From NCBI RefSeq assembly GCF_031769215.1, contig NW_026782230.1, positions 186,001 to 250,000 on the forward strand: a stretch of 64,000 bases of DNA, written 5' to 3'. How positions within the stretch are numbered: position 1 is the stretch's first letter; each line of letters begins with the position of its first letter. The notes under the pieces were generated by a model. It ran no database searches. It was given only the letters and a program-made list of their open reading frames with translations, and had not been told where the DNA came from. The translations under genes were made by a program, and so were the position numbers. Source of the stretch: Ylistrum balloti. Lineage: Eukaryota. Shown one piece after another: positions 23,201 to 38,200 of this stretch.

Positions 23201-26200
23201 CAATTTCGAGAAATGATCACGTATGTTGATTTCTAAATGTTATCGCAAAAATAACAACTGTGATATAAAGATATGCGATACAACATCGGCAGTTATATTT
23301 AGATATAAAGATACAAATGAGGCACACGTATAAGGTGCTGGATTATAATGAGTTCCATAAACATTTGATAATCACATTGACGTATAATTGTTGATATCAT
23401 ATCGCAGATATAATCTTAGAATGTTACAAACATTCACTGGGAGTCTTTAGGAGAGAAAGGAACGACAATCCATCAGCACTTACACCCTTCTAAACTTCAA
23501 ATGTCACGTTCCGTTCTTACACACGCCCACGGTGTTATTGTGATTTTTCATTGTGGGACTATATTTACCAAGGAAATGGGGTTTATGGACATTTTGTCTC
23601 CGTAAGATCACTAGGCAAGACATACGTCACTTCAATTGAAGATTTGACAACACGTGTCTACGTCTATTAGTCAACACTTATCGACTACATATGTCTTACT
23701 CTATTAGTCAACACTTATCGACTACATATGTCTGACCTTATTCATCAACGTGGGCTGAATTGCTATCTCGTGTATCTTTCACAATCTGTCGACGAGATTT
23801 AATGTCGTGTAGGTCATCACACTGACGTTAAAACAGATTTATAATTTGGTTTTTATTCGTTAATTGATTGCGTATTGTATTTCTATAAACCACCTGTTCG
23901 TGGTATTGCATAACATCCACACAATCTTTCTAAAATGATAGTGTGGGTGGAATTAACCGGTGAATTGTATTCTTCGACAGTCCCACTGAAAATGGTAGAG
24001 TTCCTGACAAAGCCTTCTTCGCACGTCGCTAAAGAAGATTTATACCGGTTCTTCGTTATCGCTTTGATCACTAGTAGGTAAACACGTGCTTAACTATGCT
24101 TTGTAGCATATACTGTCATGTTACCTAGAACGTGTTACCAACTGAATATTCAAGAATTCAATTTAATCAACTGATCAGCAGTAACACTTATCTCAAGATT
24201 TAGAATTTTTAAAAAAATGTTCAAAGAGAATGCTTTTATCATCTAATACCATTCTGGTACTGTTTTGGCGGAAGAAACTCACTCCGATGGGTTACCATCA
24301 TCTCACCATATCAGTGATGTATATATCTACAGTCATATCAGTACCTTAGGTCATTCTGTTTAGATACAGCCGGTAACATTCTGCGGTCAAATCAGAAATG
24401 TTTATTCCGCTGGACTGACCATAAACTACATCGCCAGTGTCGGAATACAACTCACGAGACTTCCATAGCTGGAGCCCGTCTATGTTAATCTTATCTTTGG
24501 CCCCGCCCTCCGAGGTTTTCCTAGCCCCGTCCCTGACAGGCCCGATAACGACGTCGACGCCGTATCAGGCTGCTGCGACAAGTCTCCAGGGGTGACTATA
24601 AAACTAGAGTTTAAGTGTAAATTTGTTGTTGCTCGGGGTTATCACAAGGTTCAAGTGCTGTAATACCTCACGCTGCAAGCACAGATAGCATATCAACCGA
24701 CCAAACGTTTGTGTAGCGTACTTAGTGAGAGTTCAGAGAGTATAATTCCTAGTAAAACAGAGTTCTCAGAGAGTAAAAATTAATGAATATCACACTATCT
24801 TGTGTTATACTATTTTTGCTATACCACAGAATCACTTGCTAACAGTGAACTATCACTCGACATATCCGGACCTCGTCTTAAAATCTTTCCATAAATCGAG
24901 ATGACAGGTGATGTTCACTCAGGTAACCTATAATAACAGATATGCTAACAAAATCAAAGTTCTCACTCAACAAAACCGTAGTTCTCTCTCCAAATTGATT
25001 AAACGAGTGCAAATTATTTTTTTAAAGTACTTACATGTGAAACACTCAAGAGATACAAAGAAAAAAGATATATTGCAGAGTAGTAAGTTATACAAATATC
25101 CATAGCTGTAACTATGTACTATGGTTAGTCGAGCGGGAAATAGCTGTAACCATGTACTATGGTTAGTCCAGTGCAATATAGCTGTAACCACGTACTATGG
25201 TTAGTCCAGTGGAATATAGCTGTAACCATATACTATGGTTAGTCCAGTGGAATATAGCTGTAACCACGTACTATGTTTAGTCCAGTGTAATATCGCTGTA
25301 ACTATGTACTATGGTTAGTCCAGTGTAATATAGCTGTAACTATGTAATATGGTTAGTCCAGTGGAATATAGCTGTAACCATGTACTATGGTTAGTCCAGT
25401 GTAATATAGCTGTAATCATGTACTATGGTTAGTCCAGTGGACTATAGCTGTAACCATGTACTATGGTTAGTCCAGTGGACTATAGCTGTAAATATGTATT
25501 ATGTTTAGTCCAGTGGAATATAGCTGTAACCATGCACTATGGTTAGTCCAGTGGAATATAGCTGTAACCATGTACTATGGTTAGTCCAGTGGACTATAGC
25601 TGTAAATATGTATTATGTTTAGTCCAGTGGAATATAGCTGTAACCATGCACTATGGTTAGTCCAGTGGAATATAGCTGTAACCATGTACTATGGTTAGTT
25701 CAGTGGAATATAGCTGTAACCATGTACTATGGTTAGTCCAGTGTAATATAGCTGTAACTATGTAATATGGTTAGTCCAGTGTAATATAGCTGTAACCATG
25801 TACTATGGTTAGTCCAGTGGAATATAGCTGTAACCACGTACTATGGTTAGTCCAGTGGAATATAGCTGTAACCATGCACTATGGTTAGTCCAGTGGAATA
25901 TAGCTGTAACCATGTACTATGGTTAGTCCAGTGGAATATAGCTGTAACCATGTACTATGGTTAGTCCAGTGTAATATCGCTGTAACTATGTACTACGGTT
26001 AGTCCAGTGGACTATAGCTGTAACCATGTACTATGGTTAGTCCAGTGGAATATAGCTGTAACCAGGTACTATGGTTAGTCCAGTGGACTATAGCTGTAAC
26101 CATGTACTATGGTTAGTCCAGTGGAATATAGCTGTAACCATGTACTATGGTTAGTCCAGTGGACTATAGCTGTAACCATGTACTATGGTTAGTCCAGTGG

Positions 26201-29200
26201 ACTATAGCTGTAACCATGTACTATGGTTAGTCCAGTGTAATATAGCTGTAACCATGTACTATGGTTAGTCCAGTGGAATATAGCTGTAACCATGTACTAT
26301 GGTTAGTCCAGTGGACTATAGCTGTAACCATGTACTATGGTTAGTCCAGTGGAATATAGCTGTAACCATGTACTATGGTCAGTCCAGTGGACTATAGCTG
26401 TAACCACGTACTATGGTTAGTCCAGTGGAATATAGCTGTAACCACGTACTATGGTTAGTCCAGTGGACTATAGCTGTAATCATGTACTATGGTTAGTCCA
26501 GTGGAATATAGCTGTAACCATGTACTATGGTTAGTCCAGTGGAATATAGCTGTAACCATGTACTATGGTTAGTCCAGTGGACTATAGCTGTAATCATGTA
26601 CTATGGTTAGTCCAGTGGACTATAGCTGTAACCACGTACTATGGTTAGTCCAGTGGACTATAGCTGTAACCATGTACTATGGTTAGTCCAGTGGACTATA
26701 GCTGTAAATATGTACTATGGTTAGTCCAGTGGACTATAGCTGTAACCATGTACTATGGTTAGTCCAGTGGAATATAGCTGTAACCATGTACTATGGTTAG
26801 TCCAGTGGACTATAGCTGTAACCATGTAAATTTGAGAATCTGTTATAAACAATAATGTAGAAAAACATAAATTCAATTTCGTCCAAATCTTTGATGTCCA
26901 AATTTATTGGTGAGGAATTTTGTTTTCAAAATTATCTTATAAATTTTAATTTGAAATAATTAGAAAAAATTAGAATGCCATCTTTCAAATTGAATACTGA
27001 AGTTGGGAGATGTGATAACAAAGAAAGAAATGACTGGATTTGTACTTTTTGTAATAATATCGACATTCTTCAGATTTAAGGAAGTGTTTCATTAAGAAAC
27101 GTTATTCTAATAGACCTAACATGTTGAAATCTGTCCAACTTATGGAATCTATAAACAAAAGCGAATTATCAATATGCGTAACAAGAAAAGTAAGGATTGA
27201 AATATACACGGGTAATATGTTGAATTCCCTCTACACAATGGTAAATGATGAATGTAGGGGTTGCGGTTGAGCATTTAGTATTTTATTACTTGTTCACTTA
27301 CATTATGTATATATAATTTCATATTTAACTGATGATCCCCAAGGCTTATATTGATACAATAATTCATAATGTAAAATGGTTCTGTTGTACAATATATAAT
27401 TCACTCTTCTTGAAAAGAGATAAATGTACTCTTATGTACTCTGATACATCCGGAGGGTTTCATGGATGGGTATATTTTTAATTTCGTCAACACAGTATGA
27501 ATGTGACAAGATTTCTTCCTTCAATTTTCATTAAGAGTGTTAATATAAATTCAAACTAATTCTGAATAAATATGAAAAAATAAAATCATCCTCAAAGTTT
27601 GTAATAGCGTTGTACTTGAGCAATGTTGACCTGCTTCTAATAAAGTATTGTTTATGTGTACATACTAACCGTTCACTAATGTGAACGGATATTAAGACCA
27701 ATCAGAGCTAATAGGGGAACAATGTTTATAGTAGAAATACAACTCTACCAATTAGTCCACGGAACTAAAGTACATACAAATGAACACCACACAATATTTT
27801 GTCCGACAGCAAATGAACTTTTACAATACACGTATCGACATTTGATGAGGTAAATATGTATTTTATGAACCAGGTAAATTTGATATCAACCGACGCGACG
27901 GTTAATTCTCGAAGATTACGTTATATACTACAAAAAGGTCAAGTTGCCCAATCTGGCAAACATAACTACTGTTGACAATTGAAGACTTTGATTGTGTCAA
28001 AGAACTGGCAAATTTGATTTTCAGAGAAACAAAAAATCGTTTAGTAAATTATTTTCGATGCCAATATTACCACAACTCTTGACCTAGAATTCATTAGTTC
28101 TGGCTGTTGTAATCACTCCATATATTTTTTTTCTGCTGTAGATCCTATCTACACATCTAGGTTCACGATATTGTGACTACGTCATCAGGACATTCAAGTA
28201 GGCCACACTCCCTGATTATCTAATGAACATTTCTAATTAGTTCTAGTTTTAAGCGATTAAGTCTGGCATATGACAGATGGATTAATAAAGTCATTTACTT
28301 TCTACCTAATCAACAACACAGGAAAATCTAACTAAGCGGCTAACGTTATTAAGTAGACTTTTTGTGTCGCGAAGCAGTGTAGAGAGTATTAGATCATCCC
28401 TAGATCCCGTCCACTGCAGCTCTGCTTCATCAACTTATCACACACGGCGACGAGCATTGGTTTTGTTTTCAATTAACAACATAATTTTTAAATCTCCGTG
28501 CACTTGATCATACGAATATCTATTGCATAATCGAATCACGTAAGATAATACAATTTATGCTAACAAAGCCAGAAAATGCTACATTGATAAATTTGAACGT
28601 TTGCATCTGAAGGGAAAATCTTTGAAGAATAAAACCAATACTGGTTGTACGTTGTTCCTAGTGTAACGGAAAACTAGATTAGCGTTTATATCTTTTATTT
28701 ATATATTTTTTGAAATTCTACTCCAATGTTTTGAAGTTTTCTTTCAATAGATCAGCCCTATCTTGGATTTAGCCTATTTTGTTACTATAGCATCAGAGGA
28801 CAGCTTCTGTCGGCATTTCTATCCAATGTAATGATAATCTACACAACGTTGCCATCAACTGCAGGTTTCTGAATTACAATATGTCTAGTTAATTCTACTT
28901 TTTATTAATTAGAATAACTTTTATTGTCAGAAATATATTAAGCATGGTGAATTCTTTTAATATTATGTAATGTACCTAACATACCGTTGTATTTGATGTT
29001 ACTTGTACAAACAATGTTTATTACATTCAATCTGTATTAATGTTACAAATCTTCAAATAAAAAAATCTACTTTTACAATATGCTATGTAATAACTTGGTC
29101 CAACTACTACTTTTTTAGATGATTTCTTTATTAGTGATGAACCTGTCATCAGGAATTGGACGCCGGCCTAAACAACAACTACTGACCACATATACAGTTT

Positions 29201-32200
29201 AAAGAATGTTTGTACTATTTAACAAGTGGGAAGTCACCAGACCATAACACCAAAACAAGGCACTGGGAGGACCCATAGTAAAGCATGTCTTGTCACATAG
29301 AGCTGAAAACCTTGCCCAGGGTGATTTGCAGGATACCTACAGCGTTAGCTACTTTACCCACATTTTGTCAAAGACAAGTCGTGTTCAGTATTGATAATCC
29401 TTTAAACCGTTCTACGGATCATACATAGTTCAGGGTTACCGGGATAGCCATCGACAGTTACAGAAAAAGGCCAGGAGAACAATAAGATAAAAAAAATGTT
29501 TAGTAAGATCAAAACTTGAAATCCACGGGGGTTTTAGTCTTTTGTTACAGACAAAATTTCCTTTGGATCAGGCAGTAGCAAAAATCGCGGTTATGCCTAC
29601 GGCAGTTTAGACCACCTTCAACGCTGCGTCAATGGAAGTTAAAAAGCGTTACAAACGTAGGGGAGAGGGAATACTGTGAAGGAAACGCCCCGTGAAGTTT
29701 TGCAATTGTGAAGTGTTTAGAGGGTAAATCAACCGTGAAACATCCTACATTCTGTCAAAATCTGTCAACAAGTTGAAAGCGGCGCGACAACTTCCTAACT
29801 TTATCTGAAGTTTCAGCTTATGTCACATCTCCTAAACTTCATTTGAAGTTTTGTGTCATATGTTGTGTGTATGTTAACGAGATGATCTCCTATGCAAGGC
29901 CGGAATTCCATCTTAATGCTTTAATTCTAAATCAATCATACGACACTATCTTACATAAATGTTCTTGTTATCAACTTTTTGATATATTATTGTAAGATAT
30001 TTCTTATGGTTGTTATCGTAGAAGTGCACATATATCTATGTCTTTGTGAAAATTACACACATGTACAGACCTTTCATAGGTTCTAACGTGTCTTGTTCTG
30101 TACGCGAATGAAATTATATGTCTTTATTTTCTCTTACCCAAATCCTCGTTCAATATTCATATTTTAAACATTTCACATGGTGTAGTGATAATTGTAGTTT
30201 TGCACGCCATTTACATTAAAGAATGTATTTTTTGTTACTTACATGCATTTGTGTCGATAAAGCTTTAATTAAAATTAATCTAATTAATAAGAACATGAAT
30301 TTAAATTGTCAATACCCATAAACAAGTACAGAAATACAAAGTAAACATTTATGTACATTTCATTAACATGCGTTCCTTTATTGAATCACGTTTCCACCAG
30401 ATATAAAGGCATCAGGGAAATTTGTTTGATGGAGAATTCGGGAAGCATTCAGTTTATATTCATGATTATGAGGTTACAAATCATTTATGCCAATTACAGA
30501 TAACCTATCAAAATAAATCTTATGGCATCCATAGCTAATTCCTGCGAAGAAACAGTGCATCGTCGGTAAATTTTAAATTTGTGTATTATTTCAATACCAG
30601 TATATACTCTTAATTATTTATGAGAGTGTTCCGAATTCCAGTTTTTGAGATGAGCAATTCATTTGCGCTAGTAGGCGCGTGACAGTAACTAATAGGCCTA
30701 TTACCAGCAGGAAGAGTGAGGCTTGAATAAAGAGCCCTATCTAGTGGGGATCGCTCATTAATTCCTAGTTGTGATAATCCCATGCTTCAAGTATGCACAT
30801 GACATTTATAAGATACAGGGCTACTCTTCAGAGAGCGCCATCCTCCTTACCAGTAGATGGAGCCCAGAAGCATGTGGAACTTAATTTATCTCTTAAACTG
30901 TTGACATTAAAAACAAGAAAAACGATGCTTGAAAAGAAGACCGTGGAAACATAGAATAATTGTGATCAATATCGAAGTTCCAGCAAATACGCGACTTACA
31001 AAATCCTTGTAAACATATTTATGTATAAAGGGAATTGAACTATACTAACCAGACTTTACTACAACTATTTTCTAGAAAGGGTAGTTGCTCTATGAACAGA
31101 TATGCCGAAGACAACTTGTCTCATTAATAAGTGTCAACGACTACGAGCCAGCCCATGAAAACTCTATATGCAATATCTTCTGAAACTGCAAACGAAGTGA
31201 GTATAACGATATCGTACTGCGGTGAAAGAAAATTGTAGTTTGCCTCAGATTTCAAATAAACAATAGCATTGATGTGGAATCACATGACACAGAGTCTTCG
31301 TCTCCCTTTTTGTTTTGTTTCTATCTCAGTGCTGTGTATGAAACATTAATTTATTTACCTGTTATTCTTTAAACAAAAGACGTGCATATCGATTTTTTTT
31401 CTGCTGTTCATATATTAACGCAATTTCTATTTGGGATTTTTCATGATATCAAAATACCTTTTAATGCTAGGTAGAAAAATGTCATACTACCAACAGAAAT
31501 TTAGGCTACCATTATTATTCATTTATTCATTTTGCCTTAAAATCTATTTCATCAATTCAAAGAAAAGGTAATAATTATGTTAAAGCTAATACATTTTTAA
31601 TACTGAATTAATTATTTTAGAAATGATTATTTGTTTGTAGCATACATAATCTCTGTAGCATGGAGACTACTGATGTTGAGCATGTGTATTTCTGTAATCA
31701 GTTATTATGTTGAGCGCTGATCTGTTTATCTCTAAACATACGTATAGTAATATTATTCGATGCATTAGCCGCTTTCCAAGTTAATGATAAGTTACTGTTT
31801 GAAATAACGATTGAAGAAATCAAGTTACACTCACACTTAATTCAGTTTGAAAAGTTAATCTAACTTTCAGCATTTTTGAGGAAATGGATTAATTCATAAT
31901 AATGTCTGTTGAGTAAAATGGATTCTAGCAAAGGGTGAATGTGGTTAAAGTCTGATGCACGGATATAGATTCAGTTAATTCTTATTGTATTAATACCTAA
32001 ATGAAGAATTATCCTACAAAAAGCTCTTTTTGAGTGTGTGTATACCATGTAAATCCAATTTTAGATGAAGATACAAAGCACTGTGTAAGGTTCAGTCAGT
32101 ATCATGATCGATTCCGTGAATCCGAATGTTGTAATCACATCAAACCTGTCTAATCTGCTCAATGTTATCAGTGTGTGTTGTTACGGGGACGAGTACTACA

Positions 32201-35200
32201 CCCTACTCTGTAATTACGTGTTAACAGCGCTCAAGGTGGCTTTACAAATTACTCTACAATGGAACAGGATTATAACAACTGTTTAGGAATGATTAATAAT
32301 TGGGATTTTTCTCTAAGTCAATTATCAAAAACATTGCCCATTTGATTAACAACACATGCTGTTCAATGAGATTTAGTAAAGAAATTAACAGCGGTTTACG
32401 TTGTACAAACGAGAAACATCTTTGTATTGTTTTACAAAATGGTTTTGTACCGACAGAATGTTTTAACTATTATTTTCATTCTAAAAAAGAACGAAAAGAA
32501 ATAAACAGAAGCAGAAAAATAAAATATTTTATAATATATATAGCAACAAATTTCAAAAATAGAAAAGTACTCATAGTGTCGTGTATGATTATAACAGGGA
32601 CTGTTAGAGCTTCCGACTGTTTCAGGGTTTAAGGCGGGAATATGACTGGATCAGAAGCAGAGGTGGTAAGTAGATGTCCACTTATCACTACTTACAGTCA
32701 CGGTAAAGGATATCTACATTCTGAATGTATCAAATTACCCACCTACATGTTACCTTCGTAAGTCACTATAATTGTAGCGGTATACTAACAAATCGTATGC
32801 AGAATAGAAAATGAAAAACATCAAAAAATCAATTTTGGAAAAAAAATTCCACGGTTTCTGATATTAGTACATTGAATGTGTTACTATATCTATATTTTTA
32901 CATGTGAATAAATAGGTATTACAATAAATACTATAAAGATAATAATATTCTTAGAGGAATTGAATTTGTACCGGTTAAGATTACAGAATTACAGCATCAT
33001 CAATTAATAACGCATTTTAAAGTTGCATAATTACTCATCGTTACTACACCACATATTTTACCGACGTACCGGTTAAGATTTCAAATTAAGATAATTATCT
33101 TATACCCATGATGACTACAAAATATATTAAACAGGCGTACCATCTAAGATTTCTAAGTAAGTGATAAACTAATACTCATAATGTTAGATATATATTTAAT
33201 AGACGTGCCGGTTAAGACTAGTGATAACTATGAAATATATTTAACTGACGTACCAGTTAAGGCTTGAGATAACTTTAAAATATATTTAATGAACGTACCG
33301 GCTAAGGTTTCAAATTTTGATATTTATGATAACTTAAAGATATATTAAACAGATGTACCAATTAAAATTTTTAATTAAGACAATTATTTAATACTCGTTA
33401 AATATACTTAAAGATATATTAAATAGACAAACCGATAAAAACAATTCAAAATAAGTTAATTATATTAAACAAACGCCTGATCAAAATTTGAAATTAAGAT
33501 AATTGTATATTTGTCATTGTTACTTTAAGATATATCAAATAGACGCTTGGTCAAGATCTGAAATTAAGATAATTGTATATTTGTCATTGTTACTATAAGA
33601 TATATAAAACAGACGTGCTGATAAAGATTTCAAGTTAAGATGATTTATAGATATTACTATAAATATATTAAACAGACGTTCCGGTCAAGATTTCAAATAA
33701 TTTAACACTCATTGTTACCATATGTTATATTAAAACTAATCAACGAAAATTTGAAATTTACAAGGTGATAAATTATACATTGTTAACATCAGACAGAGTA
33801 TTAAGATCTCAAATTTATATTTCTACCAATTGATTTGCAGAAAAGAATTTACTAGATATATAGTTAACGAATTCAACTGAATCTCTCTTTACTAGAGACA
33901 TTAAGATGAGAATATATGACATAAAATACATCTATAAAAATCTAATAATTGACAGCTAATTAATGGATTGATTTTATGAAATAGACATTGCACAAACGTA
34001 TTCAACTTGATATGATAGTTAACTATTCATTGTTAATTTTTCGTTGTTCACACTTATATAATTGTAAACTCTATTATCATTGAACATTTAACTTTAATCT
34101 AATATATGAATACACATAAAGTTGAACTCATTTTCATAGAAAGAAATTAGTACATCAAAATATTTTAGCAAAACATCAAATGTATTTAAAATCTCTATAG
34201 TTATAGATTGTTGTTTATCTGGAGAGACCAGTTTTGATAAAACAATTCTTTAGCAATCGCTGATATAACAATGTTTCTCCAGACATGAAATGAACAGTTT
34301 ATGTAAATCATAGAAAGTACATTCAACTTATTATAAACTAAATTATTACGATGTAGAATCAGTTTTCAACATGTTTTTGTTAGGTATTTATAATTATTTT
34401 TTGTTAAAATACATTTATGATAATTACATCTTTGTCACCGTAACGTTGTTTCACAGATTACCAACACTATCAAACTTTTCAACATAATGTCTTTGGTGAA
34501 TTGTTTAATTGAATTATTTACCACATCGTTGGAAAAAAAACTTAAAATAGAATTGTTAGTTTTTAACATTCAAAGCAGCGAAGGAAAATTAGAATAGAAG
34601 GTTCTTTGAGAAAAAATACATCAATTATAAAAATGATAAAAATAAAAGAAAATATAGCATATACTTTATAATCGAGTTTTGAGATATCAAAGAACTACCA
34701 AGGGAAAGTTTATCGAAAACACATTGTAGAAATCGAAACACAGACAACCGACCAAGAAATTAAAATACATTTAAATAACACTAACAAAATTCAATAACGC
34801 TTTGAGATTAAATAATTCCGTCACATGGATGTTTGTGTTGCAACAGAGTAACGTTGTGTACGCTTTGGTAATATCATTAGTGAACTGAAAGCGACGTTCT
34901 GTGAGTTTTATCCCCGTTTCATAATCCGTTTAACAATATCTTTGAACTTTACAATAAGCGAGTATTAAGTAAAGAGCTTGGTATTTCATCAGCAACGTTG
35001 TATTAGCGAAATCTTGGCTATAATTCCGTTTTAGAATAGAATGCATGGCTGTAATTGGAAAAAATCATATTCCATTGTTTTTGCAAAAAACAACGTATAA
35101 TTCGGTTTTAGAGAAAATGAAGGTAATTGAAAAAGCTTGCAGTTCATCCGTTTCATTGTATTATCAAAATCCTGAGTATTATCGCATAAGAAAAAGATAA

Positions 35201-38200
35201 AAAGGTAGCCAATTTTTGTACGTAAACTGAGCCCTCTGTACGTTGACAAGTTAATCTGGGTATTTTATATGTACATACATTCCTAAAACAAAAACACTTG
35301 CTATTGACTATCGGAGCCGGCGTTTGACTATGCGTCGGCCTACATCTTAATGCTCCGTCTTAATCTACAACTAAAATAACGTTTTCATCGTTACTTACGT
35401 CAAATGTGAACAGATAAGATTTAGTGTACTTAATTTAAGATATCTATCACAGACGAATGATTAGGGAATCGATATATATTATCACTTGAAATGATATTTA
35501 ACCAGTCAAGATCTTTGTGGATTAAACAGCATTTAGTTGGGGAAAATCTGATGACACCTTCTGACTACCAATCAAAACGTGTTTTGAAATAACATGGCAG
35601 TTATTTTTATTTTATACATAATTTTCCGATTGTATCAGCTCCGCTGGATCATGTAATTCAAAACACGTTTCGTATCATATGACGATAAGTCGGGCCCAGA
35701 TAAAATCTCTTCATTGAAATCTCGGCCTCCTTTTACACTGATAGCGTCGAAGATTTCTGTCTTCGTGGTAAGATTAGTTTGTTTATTTAATCAAATCATA
35801 TTTTTTTCTATCCTGGCGTATATAATAGTGATAACAGTCTTTGCCACCTAATAGTTTTATATGTACAGTTCTGTCATCGTGTCTATTCGATCACCTACAC
35901 ACTGTGTAAATTGATGAAACACATACGGACACTTATATATTATAATCATATTATGTTATCCCCTGTTAGTGTTATTGATGACTGGACGATATCCTTCATA
36001 AAATTATTCTGGTAGACATTACATAGCAATCAATACTTGAATCCATTATGATCCGACATATCATTAATAGTAATTGTAGCAGTGGATTTTATTTCAGCTA
36101 AATTCCTATAGGAAAAATGAACTATTTGACACTTATAGATATCTTAAAACGGCTGTCCATATCGTGTTAAATATCATAACATAACACGAGGAGAGTCAGG
36201 CGAGTGCTGTGGAAATACTGCAGTGTTAATTAAGCGTGTGCCGGTCTGATTTGGCGCGAGGAATGCCGGACTTATCAGGCTCCCTCTCCAGCCGACTCAG
36301 CAGGCTTGAACAAGGCCTTGATAAACCAGGGTGACAAACGAATCACAGAGTACAGAGATGCTAAAACGTTCAGGGGCCAATGTCCGTGAAATGGAGGAAC
36401 AAAATTAGCCAAAAGAAGACATAATATCCAGATTATTATACCAGAAATTATTTCCAAATGACACAAATTCACATTGAGCCACATTTTGTGTTTGTAAAGA
36501 ATATGATTTTCTATCATCAGAAAAATATCTCCGTTTAATTCCTTTATCAATTTTTAATATGAAAATGTTCTTAATGGCACAATTCTTTTACCATTGCAGA
36601 GTCACAGAAACGACAAGTATAGAATAGGAATCTCTATACATGGAAGGTCGTTTCTTTTACCATCAATTCCCTCACAGCACCTTATAGCAACATTTTAATC
36701 TGTGGTTTGAATTAATTTTTTCTGCAAACTAAATACTAGAAATCTGTCAAAATTACTATACAATTATGCAAATCTAACGATTTACTATAACTAAGTCGTA
36801 CTGTATGCCTATTTATAGCATTAGAATACTGCAATGAGAACTCGAGGGTTTTTTTAGCAATTGCAAACACATTGATTTTTCTTAAATATTTTCAATGAAG
36901 AGTTCACAACATATGCTCTTTTCATCGATTCTGAGCAAATAGAAGCGTAGTTCCTGCCATGAAAAAAAACTATACATTTGTAATTGAATACTATTTTTGT
37001 ATAAATCGAATCCCAAGAGAAATGACGATGTGAACCGCCTGCCAGTCGAGTGTAACTACTTCAGATGGTATCAATAGAGCTCCATACAATATTTATAAAT
37101 CCTATTTGTTTTAACGATAGGAAATGGAAAGGACAACACCCTTTCGTTGGCCTAGCAAATATTTACCGTGGTCAATGTAAAGATTCGACGGATACCAGAC
37201 CAAATCCGAACAAATACCCTACAGCAATTGCACCATATTGACTCAGTAATTATCACCATCTCGCTCCTCTGGTGCTAAACGCTACGATGCAGTTCCGTCA
37301 CAAAATGCCCGTGAATATTAATATCTCTTAATTTGCATTGAATTAACATATGCGCCTATTCAGAAATTCAATTACTGTTAATTTTGTAACCTTTACTCGA
37401 TTGAAATTTCATTATTTCCAATTATGTTTTTGAATTTGGTGTTTTTATGATACTGGTGGATGGCGGTTATACCAACACAGTGCATAAATGATAAAAACCA
37501 AATAGGCTGAGAGATCACAAAATTGCCTGGAAATAATACAACACTCAAAGGAAGGAAGTGAAGTGCATTCACGATGTTGAGTGAAAAAATCAGGGTTATG
37601 AACAGAAAAGGAAGAGACTGAATCTAATGCGAATGAACCTCTCCAAGTCCGAAGGTCTACGAACCCTCCAGATGCCGATGTGGCCAATTTTAATGAAGTG
37701 TATGATCACGTGGCTGGCGTATGAATGAAGTGAAGTGATGCGACTCACCCATGCCTGGAGGACACCCTTCTCCATCCGCGATAGGATTCTTTCTCTTCCT
37801 AGGTCGTCCCTTTTGTACCGTTCCGACACCATTGTAGTAAGGGAAATGCCCCCCAGACGAACACGGGAGTCCTGGAGTCATTCCGTGAAAAAATTCGCCT
37901 TGGAACAATAGTTCATAATCCGTTCTGCAATAAACTAAATTTTCTTTCATTCCGAATTGGTCTCCCGTAGTAAGAGTTTTATTGCATGCCATACATGTGA
38001 AACACGTGATGTGATAGACCCAGTCCCGTGCTCGCATCACTAGTTCATTAGCAGATATTCCTAACTGACACCTTGCACACCTTTTCACAGCAAATCTTCT
38101 GAAATAAATAAAAAAAAATATGTAAGCATATTTCAACCTTACTGCAAACGCATTAGTGTATGAAGAATAATATATGTTATCCGTTTTGTTGATCATATTT

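Noticed and set aside
25100-26828. CRISPR-like appearance (palindromic ~38-bp repeats; also 59975-62142)
   Set aside because: Units are contiguous with no unique spacers, there are no cas genes, and the context is a eukaryotic intron or intergenic DNA.
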